A stretch of 64,000 nt of DNA from Octopus bimaculoides (Eukaryota), in assembly GCF_001194135.2 (NCBI RefSeq), contig NC_068991.1:16339581-16403580 (forward strand), read 5' to 3'. The position numbers were made by a program, and so were the translations under genes. Each line of letters begins with the position of its first letter. Position 1 is the stretch's first letter. Positions 12,176 through 26,439 of the stretch are shown here, piece after piece. The notes beneath the pieces are model-generated. The model saw only the letters and a list, made by a program, of their open reading frames with translations. It was not told where the DNA came from and did not search any database.

Positions 12176-13317
12176 AGCAATGAAGTGTCAGAGATAGCAG
12201 GGGATGAGACTAAATCATTTACCTGCTGGGTTGACCTTGTCTTTTATTCTTGAGGTACGTCCCAGCCATGTATGGGTGTCAATTGAATCAGCTACACACC
12301 CAGGCCTATAAATGCATGACAAAAAAGCTTTTAAGTGGTTACTCCAACCCGCTAGAAAAAGCAGTTAAATGTCTCTCAGATCACATCTTACCATATAAAA
12401 AACACAACTTATGTTGTCTTAGATACACTGTTGTTGTTGGCACTCCGTCACTTATGACGTTGAGGGTTCCAGTTGATCCGATCAACGGAACAGCCTGCTC
12501 GTGAAATTAACGTGCAAGTGGCTGAGCACTCCACAGACACGTGTACCCTTAACGTAGTTCTCGGGGAGATTCAGCATGACACAGTGTGACAAGGCTGACC
12601 CTTTGAATTACAGGCACAACAGAAACAGGAAGAAAGAATGAGAGAAAGTTGTGGTGAAAGAGTACAGCGGGGTTCGCCACCATCCCCTGCCGGAGCCCCG
12701 TGGAGCTTTTAGGTGTTTTCGCTCAATAAACACTCACAACGCCCAGTCTGGGAATCGAAACTGCGATCCTATGACTGCGAGTCTGCTGCCCTAACCACTG
12801 GGCCATTGCACCTCCACACTTAGATACACTATACTCAAGGCAAATGTAAAGAAAGATGGGATGGGTGAGAACTGGAATGTCATCAGTTGTATGTCTGTGC
12901 AAGTCAGAACTGACTGAAGGCCAAGTGAACAACAACAAACCTGGAACAATGTGTTTCTTTGTCTCAATGTAGGAAATCACTACCATATGGCACCATTGTT
13001 AAACATTAAAAGAAAATAAAGTTTTAACGAAATATTTTCTGTTATTTCATTAGTTCTACAGCTAATTCCTAAAAATTTAACAGTATTTTATATATATGCT
13101 TGTGTGTATGTTTTTTGTATTGTATGCATAGTTGTGCATGCATAAACATATATATTTATGATGTGTGTGTGTGTCTATATATATACATATATATAAGTTT
13201 GTTCATGGGAAACATTTTGTATGCATATAAAAGCTATTTTATTATGTCGGCTGCAACCTAATGGCACCAACTTGCAACAGCAGTTTTTTGGGGTTGTACT
13301 GAGCTGATAAATGTAGT

Positions 13318-13350
<33 letters not shown>

Positions 13351-13813
13351 CCATAGATGGTATTTATACATACTTTAATGCATTGCTATGTGCATTTCCA
13401 CAAATCACATGTTTCTTATGACTATAGTCCACATTCCTGGGATGATTACAGTACAATCTGTAATATCCTTGTTGCCAGTATCGCCTGACTGGTCTTCGTG
13501 CAGGTGACACGTAAAAGCACCCACTACACTCTCTGAGTGGTTGGCGTTAGGAAGGGCATCCAGCTGTAGAAACTCTGCCAAATTTAGATTGGAGCCTGGT
13601 GTTGCCATCCGGTTTCACCAGTCCTCAGTCAAGTCGTCCAACTCATGCTAGCATGGAAAGCGGACGTTAAACGATGATGATGATGATGATTCCATGGTCA
13701 TTCATGCCTGAAGAGCATCTTTTTCCTTTTTTTAATTTGTTGTTCTAATCTGTTATTATATTGCTATAGTGGTATGGTCTGTTGTTATATTGGGCTCATT
13801 CTTTTCTTGTCAG

Positions 13814-13925
13814 GTACTTCTTCAAATAATGATAATTCTAACAGGAAACTACAATTTTTTCAATTTGCTTACAATTACACTGTGCATTTCATTAGTGGAT
13901 GATGACTTTTTCAAGAAACGAGCAA
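13814..13925 (+). CDS. LMF2: LMF2 exon ([37 protein letters not shown])
   Basis: gtcag acceptor, A|gtaagt donor, 112 nt, phase 0 to 1. [11 protein letters not shown] hallmark motif. Confidence 0.95.
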
Positions 13926-14797
13926 GTAAGTATTTGCGTTTTACACGGCTTGTATAAATTATATTACACACACAGACACACATACACACACCTGTGTGGT
14001 TCAGAAGCTTCCCTATCATGTCGTCTTGAGACTCCTTGGGCAAGTGTCTTCTATGATAGCCTCAGTCAGGCTAAAGCCATGAGAGTGGAATTAGTAGACA
14101 GAAACTAAAAGAAATCTGCTATACACAAACATACATTGTATATTCTGTTCTTTTACTGTTTTACTTGTTTCAGCCATTTGATTGCCGTCATGCTGGAGCA
14201 CTGCCTTAACAGGCTTTTGTCGAAGAAATTGACCTCAGGACTTACTCTTTGTAAGCCTAGTACTTATTCTGTCTGGCTCTTTTGCTGAACTAAGTTACAG
14301 GGACCTAAACACACCAGTGTTAGTTGTCAAGCAATGGTGGGACAAACACACACATACATACATGATGGGCTTCTGTCAGGTTCCATCTACCAAATCCCCT
14401 CACTAGACTATGGCCGGCCTGAGGCTATAGTAGAAGACACTTGCTCAAGGTGCTACACAGTGGAACTGAACCTAGAATCATGTGGTTGGGAAACAAGCTT
14501 CTTACCACACAGCCATGCCTGCACCTATATGTATATAGTGTGTGTGTGTGTGTGTGTGTGTGTATTCAAGTGTACCCTTGTCTTGACATCATTTAACAGT
14601 TGTAAATGAGCATCACTGTCATACAAGCGATGCTGTTCATTCGTTTCTATGGAAAACATGCCTCATCATGAGAAATGTTACTTTGTTTGGAAATAGGCAA
14701 GGGTTGGTGTTATTAAAGGCATCTGGCTATAGAAACCAAGCTGAAATATACAAGTGAGGTAAAATGTACAAGTGAGGTAAAATGTGGTCCTATAAGC

Positions 14798-15071
14798 CAG
14801 GGGTTTTCAAACTGTGGTCCGCAGACCACAGGGGTCCGTGGACAGCAAATACTTTTTATGGGCAATTTGATTTTATATATGTTTTTTAATCGAAATCTTT
14901 TAATTGACAATAAACCTATTTGTTAAATGCTGTTAAATAAATAAATGTAAAAATATATGTTATTTTAAGCAAATATTTATGTATAAATTTCATAAGCGTT
15001 TATAAGGGGGTCCCTAAGGTAAATCCTGAAATATAAAGGGGTCCGCAAGTCAAAAAGTTTGAAAACCCCTG
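14798..15071. mobile_element. hAT-type MITE, 274 bp
   Basis: Perfect 15-bp TIR CAGGGGTTTTCAAAC and perfect 8-bp TSD CTATAAGC (14790-14797 and 15072-15079). Confidence 0.92.
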
Positions 15072-15685
15072 CTATAAGCTGTCTTGGAGAGCTATAATTC
15101 TAAATGAAGACTGACTTGAACTGTGGCAACCCATCCTGCCCATGCCAGCATGGAAAGCAGATATAAAAACGATGAAGATGTATCCATGTTTTCCGCCAGT
15201 ATGGGGTGGACAGTTTGGAAGAATCCGATGGGTCCAAAAAGTGTCATACTGCAGTGTCTGGTGTGACCATAATTTCTGCAGTTGGATTCCTTTCCTAACA
15301 CCTACCATTTTACATTGTGTACTTTGTACTTTTTCCATGCTACCAGCACTAGTGTGGTTGCCATGCAGCTAGCAAAACTTCAAGTGCCAAGGAAAGGAAA
15401 GGAGTTGGGGGCTTTATACTTGCGATGAGGGGGTTAAAGTATGAGAAAAGAGTGCAGAGTAGGTTTCTTGCTGTAGAGGAGCTGCATAGCTACTCACCCA
15501 ATTACTTAACATTTTTAGAGCTTCTCTCACATCAATTAGGAAAAAAAGAGTTGGTGTTAGAGTGTGTATGTATGTTCGTGTTGATGTTACTATCAAAATG
15601 TGATTTACCATTTTCTTTCAGCACTTTTACACTCTTGTATTGATACTTTTCTCTGACAACATTAACTTTGTTATTGCTTCTACAG

Positions 15686-15832
15686 GTCACTCTCCCGAAG
15701 CTAAGTCCTTTTGGAATCGAGTGGCAGACTGGATTATCACAATTGTTGTCTATGTCTTCCTTGGCTATGTATTGGTGGTCTATTTTACTTTGAGATTAGG
15801 ACCAGGTTACACGTCACTTAAAACACAAATAG
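15686..15832 (+). CDS. LMF2: LMF2 exon (SHSPEAKSFWNRVADWIITIVVYVFLGYVLVVYFTLRLGPGYTSLKTQI)
   Basis: ctacag acceptor, G|gtaaag donor, 147 nt, phase 1 to 1. One transmembrane segment in the expected position. Confidence 0.85.
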
Positions 15833-16243
15833 GTAAAGAGTTTTTTGTTCCTTTAAGATTGAGCCTGCTTTTCTTTTTGTTTTTCTTACTTTTATTCTTC
15901 TGTTTAATTACTTAATTTCAATGTTAATCATCTCACTTCACTTTATATATATCATCATCATCATCATCATCATCGTTTAACGTCCGCTTTCCATGCTAGC
16001 ATGGGTTGGACGATTTGACTGAGGACTGGTGAAACCGGATGGCAACACCAGGCTCCAATCTAAATTTGGCAGAGTTTCTACAGCTGGATGCCCTTCCTAA
16101 CGCCAATATATANNNNNNNNNNNNNNNNNNNNNNNNNNNNNNNNNNNNNNNNNNNNNNNNNNNNNNNNNNNNNNNNNNNNNNNNNNNNNNNNNNNNNNNN
16201 NNNNNNNNNNNNNNNNNNNNNNNNNNNNNNNNNNNNNNNNNNN

Positions 16244-16275
<32 letters not shown>

Positions 16276-16494
16276 TACATTGGTTGACAGAAAGACAACT
16301 CTTAAATAATTTATTTAGATGTCTGAATTTGAACTCAGAAGAAATGCCACTAAGCATTTTTCCCACTGCAGGAATGATTCTGCCAGCTCACTGCCTTAAT
16401 CCGCCACAAACAGTGACAACATAATTCATGTTTTTCTTCTTTTTTTTTTTACTCTCTTATAATTGTACTTTCTTTTTGTTTTGTTAATTTTCAG

Positions 16495-16600
16495 CTTTTA
16501 CGAAAAAGGAATTCTCTGATCTGCTGGCCAAAGTTGTACCTATTACAATATATATCGGGGCTGTGGCCTTAGGTATTGAGGTGCTCATTTCTTTTGTCAG
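16495..16600 (+). CDS. LMF2: LMF2 exon (AFTKKEFSDLLAKVVPITIYIGAVALGIEVLISFVR)
   Basis: ttttcag acceptor, AG|gtaatg donor, 106 nt, phase 1 to 2. FTxxxF...P.T..(I/L)G..L..E pattern of LMF2. Confidence 0.88.
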
Positions 16601-17685
16601 GTAATGAAGTTTATATTTTTGACCACCCTGCCCTACTTTTTTTTTTTTTTTTTAAGGCTGAAGAGAGTAGAGGGAGGTTTTTTTTTATTAGAAGTGGTAG
16701 TTCATCAGATTTTAGGATGCTGGGAACAACAAACGAGGGAGCAAGTCAGTGTCGTCGTCGTCGTTTAACGTTCGCTTTCCATGCTAGCATGGGTTGGACG
16801 ATTTGACTGAGGACTGGTGAAACCAGATGGCTACACCAGGCTCCAGTCTGATTTGGCAGTGTGTGTGTGTGTTTCAGAACCATGTGATATGGGATTTGCT
16901 TTCACTGTAAGGATGCTATTGGCTTATGTCATTGACTGTAGTCACGAGTTAACCAATGTTTTATAAGTGAAACTTGATAGAGAGAAACTGGAACTATAGT
17001 TTACAGCCGACATGAGGTTTGATTTTCATAGGCTAGATGGACGAAATATTGCTAAGCATTTCACCCAGCATGCTAATGATTCTACCAGCTCACCAATTTC
17101 TATGTTGGTGATGATACGATAATAATAGCAGTAGTAGTAGTAGTAGTAGCAGTGGAGGTGCAATGGCCCAGTGGTTAGGGCAGTGGACTCGCAGTCATAG
17201 AATCGCGGTTTCAATTCCCAGACCGGGCGTTGTGAGTGTTTATTGAGCGAAAACACCTAAAGCTCCACGAGGCTCCGGCAGGGGATGGTGGCGAAACCTG
17301 CTGTACTCTTTCACCACAACTTTCTCTCACTCTTTCTTCCTGTTTCTGTTGTACCTGTAATTCAAAGGGCCAGCCTTGTCACACTGTGTCACGCTGAATA
17401 TCCCCGAGGACTACATTAAGGGTACACGTGTCTGTGGAGTGCTCAGCCACATGCACGTTAATTTCACGAGCAGGCTGTTCCGTTGATCGGATCAACTGGA
17501 ACCCTCGACGTTGTAAGCGACGGAGTGCCAACAACAACAACAGTAGTAGCAATAGTTTCAAAGTCTGGCATAAGACCAGCAATTTTAAAGGGAGTAGAAT
17601 TGTCAAAGACCAAAACCAATAGACGAATAGAATCATAACAAAAATGTGTGCCAAGATTTGAAAAAAATTTCCCTTTCTGTTTCAG

Positions 17686-17785
17686 ATGTTGGAAGAATGA
17701 GAAAGGACTTTTGCGTAAACTTTTGTCTTCAGTTGGAGTGACGCTAGTTGCAGTCCTTGCTGCCATCATGTTTGCTATCAGTTTG
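17686..17785 (+). CDS. LMF2: LMF2 exon (RCWKNEKGLLRKLLSSVGVTLVAVLAAIMFAISL)
   Basis: tttcag acceptor, TTG|gtaagc donor, 100 nt, phase 2 to 0. Ends in FxISL, which precedes VP in LMF2. Confidence 0.9.
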
Positions 17786-19574
17786 GTAAGCTTTCTTCCC
17801 TTCTTTCATTATTTCCTTCTTCCTCTCTATTTCTTTTCGTTTCATGCCTTCCATTTTTCTCTCATTTCATTTATTTTTTCTTTATTTCCTTCAATGTTTA
17901 AGTGTCAGTGAATGTGCTTGTTGTAACAATAGTAGTAATAATAATAATAATAGTAGTCCACCCTGTCAGTCCATGTTATAGCTACCATAAAATGTTATTT
18001 CTATTACGGAATATTCCATATTTGTTTTCTTACATAAACTATTACCATAAGGCTTAAACAACTGACTATTTGACTGGCTGACTGTCATTTGTGGTGTTTC
18101 TTATGTCCATGTCTATTATGTAGTCTTTGGTATGTTGCCATATTCATCGTCACTTTACATCTCTTCTTCGATGCTTGCATGGGTTGGTTGGGTCTTTGCT
18201 GATGCAGCTTCTCACCTCTTATTGCAATCCGTTCATCATTTATTTCCTTCATGGAATTCAGCATCTTCAGATTATCCTTCATTGCTTCTTCATATGTCTT
18301 CCTCAGTCTTCTTTTTCTGTATCATAATTCATTTACCATTTTTCATTCAATGTCAAACTTCTCCATGCTTCCATGGTCAAACGGAGTCTATTGCGGTAGA
18401 TTTTTCTGTGGCTGGATGCGCTTCTTGTTGCTTAAACCTCACCTGTTTCTGAATAATATATTTCCCATGACCAGACGTGTTTTTTGCAGAATATTGGAAA
18501 GGAATGACAGTGCTTGTATGGCAGTGACACTCATTTACAACTATTGTGTGGTGTCAAGACAAAGAGACATAACATAAACAAACTGTCTCTCACACACAAA
18601 CACATGTATGCGTGCCTACGCACACACATCCAGGTCCATATACTGAGATCGAATTTCCAAATCTAGGTTCCAGCTGTAGAAACTTTCAGCTGTAGAAACT
18701 CTGCCAAATCAGATTGGAGCCTGGTGTAGCCTTCGGGTTCCACCAGTCCTCAGTCAAATCGTCCAACCCATGCTAGCATGGAAAGCGGACGTTAAACGAT
18801 GATGATGATGATGATGATGATCATGATTGTTTGATGCTCGTCTTCTTCACACAAGGTCAGAGGCCGTTTTGTGAAGTTATACTTTTTTTTTTCTAATTTA
18901 TCTACAACTACTATGTCCAAAGATAATCCATGACTAGAAATATTTAACTTTGCTATCAAATATTTATAACAGTCAGGACATATTTAAAATCATATCGTTG
19001 CCAGTGCCCCTGGACTGGCTCTTGTGCAGGTGGCACATAAAATACACCATCTTGAGCGTGGCCGTTGCCAGTACCGCCTGACTGGCCTTCATGCAGGTGA
19101 CACGTAAAAGCACCCACTACACTCTCTGAGTGGTTGGCGTTAGGAAGGGCATCCAGCCGTAGAAACTCTGCCAAATCAGATTGGAGCCTGGTGTTGCCAT
19201 CTGGTTTCACCAGTCCTCAGTCAAATCGTCCAACCCATGCCAGCATGGAAAGCGGACGTTAAACGACGATGATGATGATGATGATCACGATGATCACAAT
19301 ATGGTGTTCATCTGAACATGCAGGCCTGATCTCAAGGGAAACAACTTAATATTAACACATACCAGGTGTTTTGAATGAATTAAAATCAACCACTCAAAAT
19401 ACCACAAAGAATCTAGTCTAATATGCTAAGAAATCCTTCAGTCCACCATCATCCTGGATTGGTAATTTATTCTATTGATCCTGAAGAGATGAAAAGGAAA
19501 GATGACTCCAGCTGGATTTGAACTCAGAGTGCAGACGGCAAGAACAAATACTTGTAATTTTGGCATTTATTCTT

Positions 19575-19782
19575 TCTTTTACTTGTTTCAGTCATTTGAC
19601 TGTGGCCACGCTGGAGCACTGCCTTTAGTCGAGCAAATCGACCCCAGGACTTATTCTTTGGAAGCCTAGTACTTATTCTACCGGTCTCTTTTGCCGAACC
19701 GCTAAGTTATGGGTATGTAAACACACCAGCATTGGTTGTCAATCGATGTTGGGGGGGGACAAACATAGATACACAAACATAT

Positions 19783-19837
<55 letters not shown>

Positions 19838-19998
19838 TACGACGGGCTTCTTTCAGTTTCTGTCTACCAAATCCACTCACAAGGCTTTGGTCAGCCCGAG
19901 GCTATAGTAGAAGACACTTGCCCAAGGTGCCACACAGTGCGACTGAACCCAGAACCATGTAGTTGGTTAGCAAGCTACTTACCACACAGCCACTCCTG
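19575..19998 (-). mobile_element. SINE family B (tRNA head, internal (TA)n(TG)n, about 400 bp)
   Basis: CCTTGGGCAAGTGTCTTCTACTATAGCC...GTGGATTTGGTAGACGGAAACTGAAAGAAGCCC core. Copies at about 1993-2385(-), 9777-10220(+), 14160-14522(-), 24460-24883(-), 31556-31945(+), 37560-37963(-), 39130-39490(+), 41743-42118(-) and 60720-60860(-). Confidence 0.85.
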
Positions 19999-21034
19999 CG
20001 CCTATATTTAATTTTTTTTTTTTTTTTGCCCGTACAGTTTTTCTTCTTTAGCCCCAGGTCAGTCTTATTCCTGAAGGCCACCTATAATTAAAGGTATTTC
20101 TGTCACATCCACGCTATCCTTTTCTTTTTTCTGACTATATTTAGGATTACATCATCCAATGTGTCCTTCCTCTTCTTCAGACAGTAGCATGTAATTTGAG
20201 GGAGAAATAGCTCCTATTTTTAATAGATCAAGCTACCACCAAGATTTTCTATCGTTGATTCACCTTGTTGGTTATTGTTGTTGAAATAATGTTAGTGTTG
20301 TTGTTATTGTTTAACCTCATATTAGCCCTGATTTAGATTTAGCTGGCCTATTGTCAAACTTGCTTCAGCCATAACTATCACAACTTCTTTCAGACATAGT
20401 GTTTCTAGAGCCACACTATCCTATGTGTCCTTTTCAAAATGGTATGGCAGGATTTAAAGAGATTTAGCTGTTGTTTGTAGCATATCAAATGATTGCATAG
20501 AAGTCCCTACATTCGCTTTTGTTGTTGTTTTGCTCCAGGTTAATCCTTATTAAGCAGATCTATAAACAAAGAAATTCCAGTCATGCGTATCTAGTCTTTC
20601 TTTCATGCATAGTATATCTAAGACTACAGTACATGTTCTTCCTTTTTTGGTCAAGTGTTCAGATAGCCTGTGGATGGGATGGTGGAGGAGAATTTCACAT
20701 TCTATATTGCCTCAGCTTGCCTAGATGTTAGGGAGCAGGTTGATGTGTCAGACCTTTTGGGCAACGGGGGGTGGGAATGTCACTGATAATAGACCAACAC
20801 CCTTTCCATAGGAAGATATATTACTTTGAAATGGAGCTGATTATTGGCTCTCAATAGTTTATTTGGAACCTAGGAAAATTTTTTCAAAGATATTGGGTTC
20901 CTTAAATCTTCACTTCTTTTATTTTCCAAAAGCCATCACCTCTACCAAGTGATGGTAGAGGTGGGAATGTCAAAAACAATCAAAACAAAACAAAACCAAA
21001 ACCGACATAGTTGTTCTAATTTCTGTTTTTTTAG

Positions 21035-21150
21035 GTTCCCTATTCCCGTGTTGTTGGCTCAGTACACAGATCCCTTTCAGCAGATATATATGATATGTAC
21101 AGGCTGTCGACACGTTATAAGATAACCAGCTCCTATGGTCTTTTTCGCAG
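21035..21150 (+). CDS. LMF2: LMF2 alternative exon K1 (VPYSRVVGSVHRSLSADIYDMYRLSTRYKITSSYGLFR-R)
   Basis: ctgtttttttag acceptor, CAG|gtactc donor, 116 nt, phase 0 to 2, open frame. VPY...SYGLFRR matches the LMF2 VPY...YGLFRRMTG segment. Confidence 0.88.
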
Positions 21151-22500
21151 GTACTCCTATTTTTATACCTGAAAGCCTGCAAGTAATATTTTCTCTTATT
21201 CTCACCTGTTTAATTATTTCTATATTCTAGACAGAGAAAAATATTTTACATCCCTTGCGGATGTCTCCTTTTTTTTTTATTCCTCTTTATTTTAAAAGGG
21301 ACCTAACGAAAAAAGCAGTTTCTGTAATCTTAGTCAAATTAATCTATTATTATTTTAGTCACAGGTCAACCTTGATTGAGCAAAACTAATATCAAAGGTG
21401 TTCCAACAATGACCATCCCCTATTAGTTTTTTTTTCTTTCAGACATATACCTAGGACTGCATTATCTAATGTCTCCTATTTTTTGCTGAGACAGTAAAGT
21501 GTGATTTAAAGGAAATTTGGCTGCTATTTCTAGCAGTATCAAGTGATCTCCATAGAGGATCCTTCGTTGGCTCAAAATATGCCTTGCTAAACTATTTGAT
21601 GGTAGTCATATTTCGGTAACTCTATTGAGCAAACTATTTCATCACTGTATTATAGTGATTGTGACTAGCAGAACATATTTGGCGGCATTCATTATTGGAC
21701 AGCCTCTACCATTGAGCACGATATTTGATTAATATATTTTTGTGGTTGGGGAGAAGTAGGTTTAGAATTTTAGATATATGAATTGCTTATTGAAAAATAG
21801 TCTGAGGGTTTAAAGCTATTTAGCAGCTATATTGAATAAATCAAGTTTTAGCATAGAAGTTTAATGGCGGTGCCCCAGCATGGCCACAGCTCATAAGCTG
21901 AAACTAGATAAAATGAAAATGAAGTTTTTGTTGCCTTGTGAGTATTTCTTAATGTTGTTTTTTCTAATTAAATTAATTAATTAGTTACTAATAGCATTTT
22001 AATACTGCTTTTTGGCTAGGCTCATTCAACTAGTCACTCTACTATATAGTATAGCTTTATTGTTATCATTTTGACCCCAGTACTCAGCTGGTATTTACTA
22101 CATCAACCCTGAAAGAGTGAAAGGCGAAGTCAACATTGGCAGAATCTGAATGTTCTGAGGCCAAATTCTTCTGAAATTGGCTTTGCCTTTCATCCTTTTG
22201 GGGTTAATAAAGTACCAAGTGGTGGGGTGAATGTAATCAACCCCACCACCTCCAACAAATTCCTGTTTTTTGTGTCAAGATTTCAAACAGTTACCATTAT
22301 TATTATTAAGGTGAATTGTTAGCATGCTGAACATAATGCTTAGCAAATTTTGTCTTTTTGTTCTGTGTTCAGATTCCATCGAGGCTAACTTTTCTTTTCA
22401 TCCTTTTGTGGATCAAAATAAGTACCAGTTGAGACTTGGGATTGATGTAATTGACTAACCCCTCCCCCAGCCTTTTAGGCTTTGTGCCTATAGCCGAAAA

Positions 22501-22534
<34 letters not shown>

Positions 22535-24652
22535 GAAGGTGGTGAGCTGGCAGAATTATTAGCACACTGGACAGAATTCTTGGCAGTATTTTGCCTGTCA
22601 GNNNNNNNNNNNNNNNNNNNNNNNNNNNNNNNNNNNNNNNNNNNNNNNNNNNNNNNNNNNNNNNNNNNNNNNNNNNNNNNNNNNNNNNNNNNNNNNNNNN
22701 NNNNNNNNNNNNNNNNNNNNNNNNNNNNNNNNNNNNNNNNNNNNNNNNNNNNNNNNNNNNNNNNNNNNNNNNNNNNNNNNNNNNNNNNNNNNNNNNNNNN
22801 NNNNNNNNNNNNNNNNNNNNNNNNNNNNNNNNNNNATACCGCTAAGCATTTCGTCTGATGTGCTAACGTTTCTGTCAGCTTGTCGCCTTTCTGAGTTCAA
22901 ATTCTGCCAAGGTTGACTTTGCCTTTCATCCTTTCGGGGTTGATAAAATAAGTACCAGTGAACACTGGGCTCGATGTAATCGACTAGTCATTAAATTTCA
23001 GGCCTTGTGCCTTTAGTAGAAAGGATTATTATTATTATTATTGTTGTTGTTGTTATTTGAATTGACAGAGTCACTGTGTGGCTGGCTAAATTGTTCTTGA
23101 CATTTGTTCTCGCTCTTTTCATTCTGAGTTCAAATCTTACTGAGGTCAGTTTTTGTTCTTCATCCTTCCAATTCCAATAGAATAAAGTACCAGTCAGGTA
23201 CAGGGTCAGAATATTCAGCAGTTCCCCTGTCTACAAGTTTTTAGTTTTGTGCCTCTTTAAGAAATTATAAGAGAAGTGGATTGGCAGAATTGTTATATAG
23301 CTGGATCAAAATATTTTTACGGTATTTGTTCCAGCTCTTTATATTTTTAGTTCAAATCCTACCAAAGTCAAGGCCATTTTTGTCTTTCATCCTCTCAGGA
23401 TCAAATTGGTCACAATTTGCTGGCCTTGTGCCAAAATTAGAAAGAATTGATTTAATTATTATTTCTTGTGCTTCTTACAGATTTTAAAAACTGGCTTGAT
23501 TTTCATTTAAGGTCTCTCCAGGGAGCCGTGTGGTTTTGTCTTCCACTGTATGGCACTTTGAACAGGTGTCTGCTACTATAGCCTTGGGCTAAGGAATTTC
23601 TTAAGAGTGAACTTGGTAGACAGAAATTGTCAGAAGCACATCATTTGTGTGTGTGTGTGTGAATACTGTTATTTTGCTTATCACTGTTTGAGGAAAATGG
23701 TGATGGTATTTATACTCTTTGATGTATAAATATTCCCTGGGTATACTGAAGTCCTTTGGAAAAAAAAATCCTTGACTTGTAAACAGGTGAGGGTTGACAA
23801 CAGGTAGAGCATCTGGTTCTAAAATTCTGCTTCAAATCAATTCCTATCCAAGCCACGTTAGCATGGAAATGTTTGTTGAACAAACACACACTCGCACATA
23901 TATTATCATCATTGTTACTTAGTGCCCGTGTTCCCATGCTAGCATGGGTTGGATGGTTTGTCAGTATCTATCAGATTTCAAGATTGCATTGTGCTCCAAT
24001 GTCTGCCTTGGTATGGTTTCTACACCTCTATGCCCTTCCTATTGCTAACCACTTCACAGTGTGCACAGGGTACTTTTTTTTATGACATCAGCACTTGTGA
24101 GGTTGTCATGCAGCCAGCACAACTAAATAACTAAGATCCCCATTAGTTGAGTGGAACTACAGTAGAGAGGAAAGTAGCTTTATGCTATGAGATGAGGAAG
24201 AGGTTTAAGTATATGGTCTCACACACACACACAAGCATTTCATGTTACACTATGAAGCAGTACTCTGTACCGGAATTTTCAACTTAGTTCAAATATAACA
24301 GATTACTCAAATCCTTGTTAGTGTCCACATAAGTGGAGTCAAGATTGGCTAATTAGTAATGGTATCGAGTCATATTAGTTGTAATAATGAAATCAAACTA
24401 AATAGTGATATTTTGAAGTCATTTAATACATGTTTCAGGTTTGCATAATACTCTTTACTCTTTTACTTGTTTCAGTCATTTGACTGCGGCCATGCTAGAG
24501 CACCGCCTTTAGTCGAGCAAATCGACCCCAGTACTTATTCTTTGTAAGCCTAGTACTTATTCTATCGGCCTCTTTTGCCGAACCGCTGTGTTACGGGGAC
24601 GTAAACACACCAGCATCGGTTGTCAAGCGATGTTGAGGGGACAGACACACAA

Positions 24653-24724
<72 letters not shown>

Positions 24725-25490
24725 GACGGGCTTCTTTCAGTTTCCGTCTACCAAATCCACTCACAAGGCTTTAATCAGCCCGAGGCTATAGTAGAAGTCA
24801 CTTACGCAAGGTGCCACGCAGTGGGACTGAACCCGGAACTATGTGGTTCGTAAGCAAGCTACTTACCACACAGCCACTCCTGCATAATAGGAAATGTATC
24901 CATTGCATAAAATCTTCCTCAGACACACATCATCATTTTATGTTGATATTTTTTCCATGCTTGCTTTGATGGAGGTGTTGTCTCCAGTGCAATGTTTTGC
25001 TTTCTTGTTGCAGTTCTTTTTTTATCATCTTCCTTGTAACTTTCAGTATCCTGGGATCATCTTCCATCACTTTTTCCCCCTATGTCTTCCTCATTTTCTC
25101 CCCACCTTCACAAGTTCTTTCTACTTTGATCACTTTACACTTTGCCCCAGTTGTCAGCCCCATATACATCACATATTTGCACAAGTCTTCTCTGTAGATT
25201 ACATTTGATTTCTTTTACACCCAGTTTTTTTCTCTCAGCTCATTTGTCTTTCATTGTTTGTGTACATCAGCAACACACATCCAACAAAGCATGCTTATCT
25301 CATCATTTCATTGCAACCCTCACACATCCACCACAGAAATTATTGACTAGTTTTAAGGAGCTCTATGAGGATTTGAAAGAATTTATTTTGTGGGTGCTCT
25401 TCCTATTATCCATTCCTACACATTTGTGTATATTTGAGTTTGTGTATGTGTGTATAAATATATTCATGTACACACACACACATGTATGTG

Positions 25491-25521
<31 letters not shown>

Positions 25522-26439
25522 ATGTATATATACACACACATGCACATATGTGGATGTGTTTGTATGAGTGTGTCATTTTGTCGAGTGTTTGAATATCAAA
25601 CATGCTTAACTGTTGCATTATGGGATATCAGTTACTCAAACCTCTCTCACATTGACATAAACATAAAACCCTGAGTAATTCTTAATATTGTTCTCATGAT
25701 ATATATATATATATATATAGTTCACAGATGAGATTCAGCGATTCTTCATATAGAAGACACTTAGTAGTGCTCAAAAGATTCAAACTTAGACTCTGATGTC
25801 TTTACAGGGGATCGATTCCACAGAGTAAAGAATGGCTATCAGGGGGATAAAGTTGAACGGGTATAGAGGCAATTATGTGGATAAATAAATTAGACACGTC
25901 AAATATATCAAATACAAAATATGTGTATATGTATACAAGCAAAATGGGTGAAAGCAAAAGATCGAAACTTTCTGGTGATGAATTTTTATGTATAAATATG
26001 TAGATATTTATATTAACAACTTACACAAACAACAGAGAAAATTAAAGGAGTTGTTTGTACTCTGTGTAAATTGGACAAATTAATGTAAATTTCTACATAT
26101 TTATGCATAAAAATTTGTCACCTGAATGTTTTCACCTTTTGCTTTCTCTTGTTTTGCAGGTATACATATTTCGTATTTGATGTATTTAATATATTTGATA
26201 TGTCTAATTTGTTTATCATAATTGCCTCTTTCTCTATACACACACACACACACACACATATGTACAAATATAATGTTTTGGTCCTAAAATCACCCACTAA
26301 GTTCTGTTTGGATTCTGATATCAACCAAATTCATTTTTTTTTTTTTGGAGGGTGATTTTATTGTTTGTTTCTTCCTTAGTATAAGATCTTGTGTCTCATT
26401 AGAGTCTCCATGAATTTGTAAATGTTGTTTTTTTTCAAG

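Noticed and set aside
17152-17230. tRNA-like sequences (A/B boxes) at SINE heads
   Set aside because: Each runs into a shared ~300-bp SINE body and lacks a clean acceptor stem, so these are not tRNA genes.
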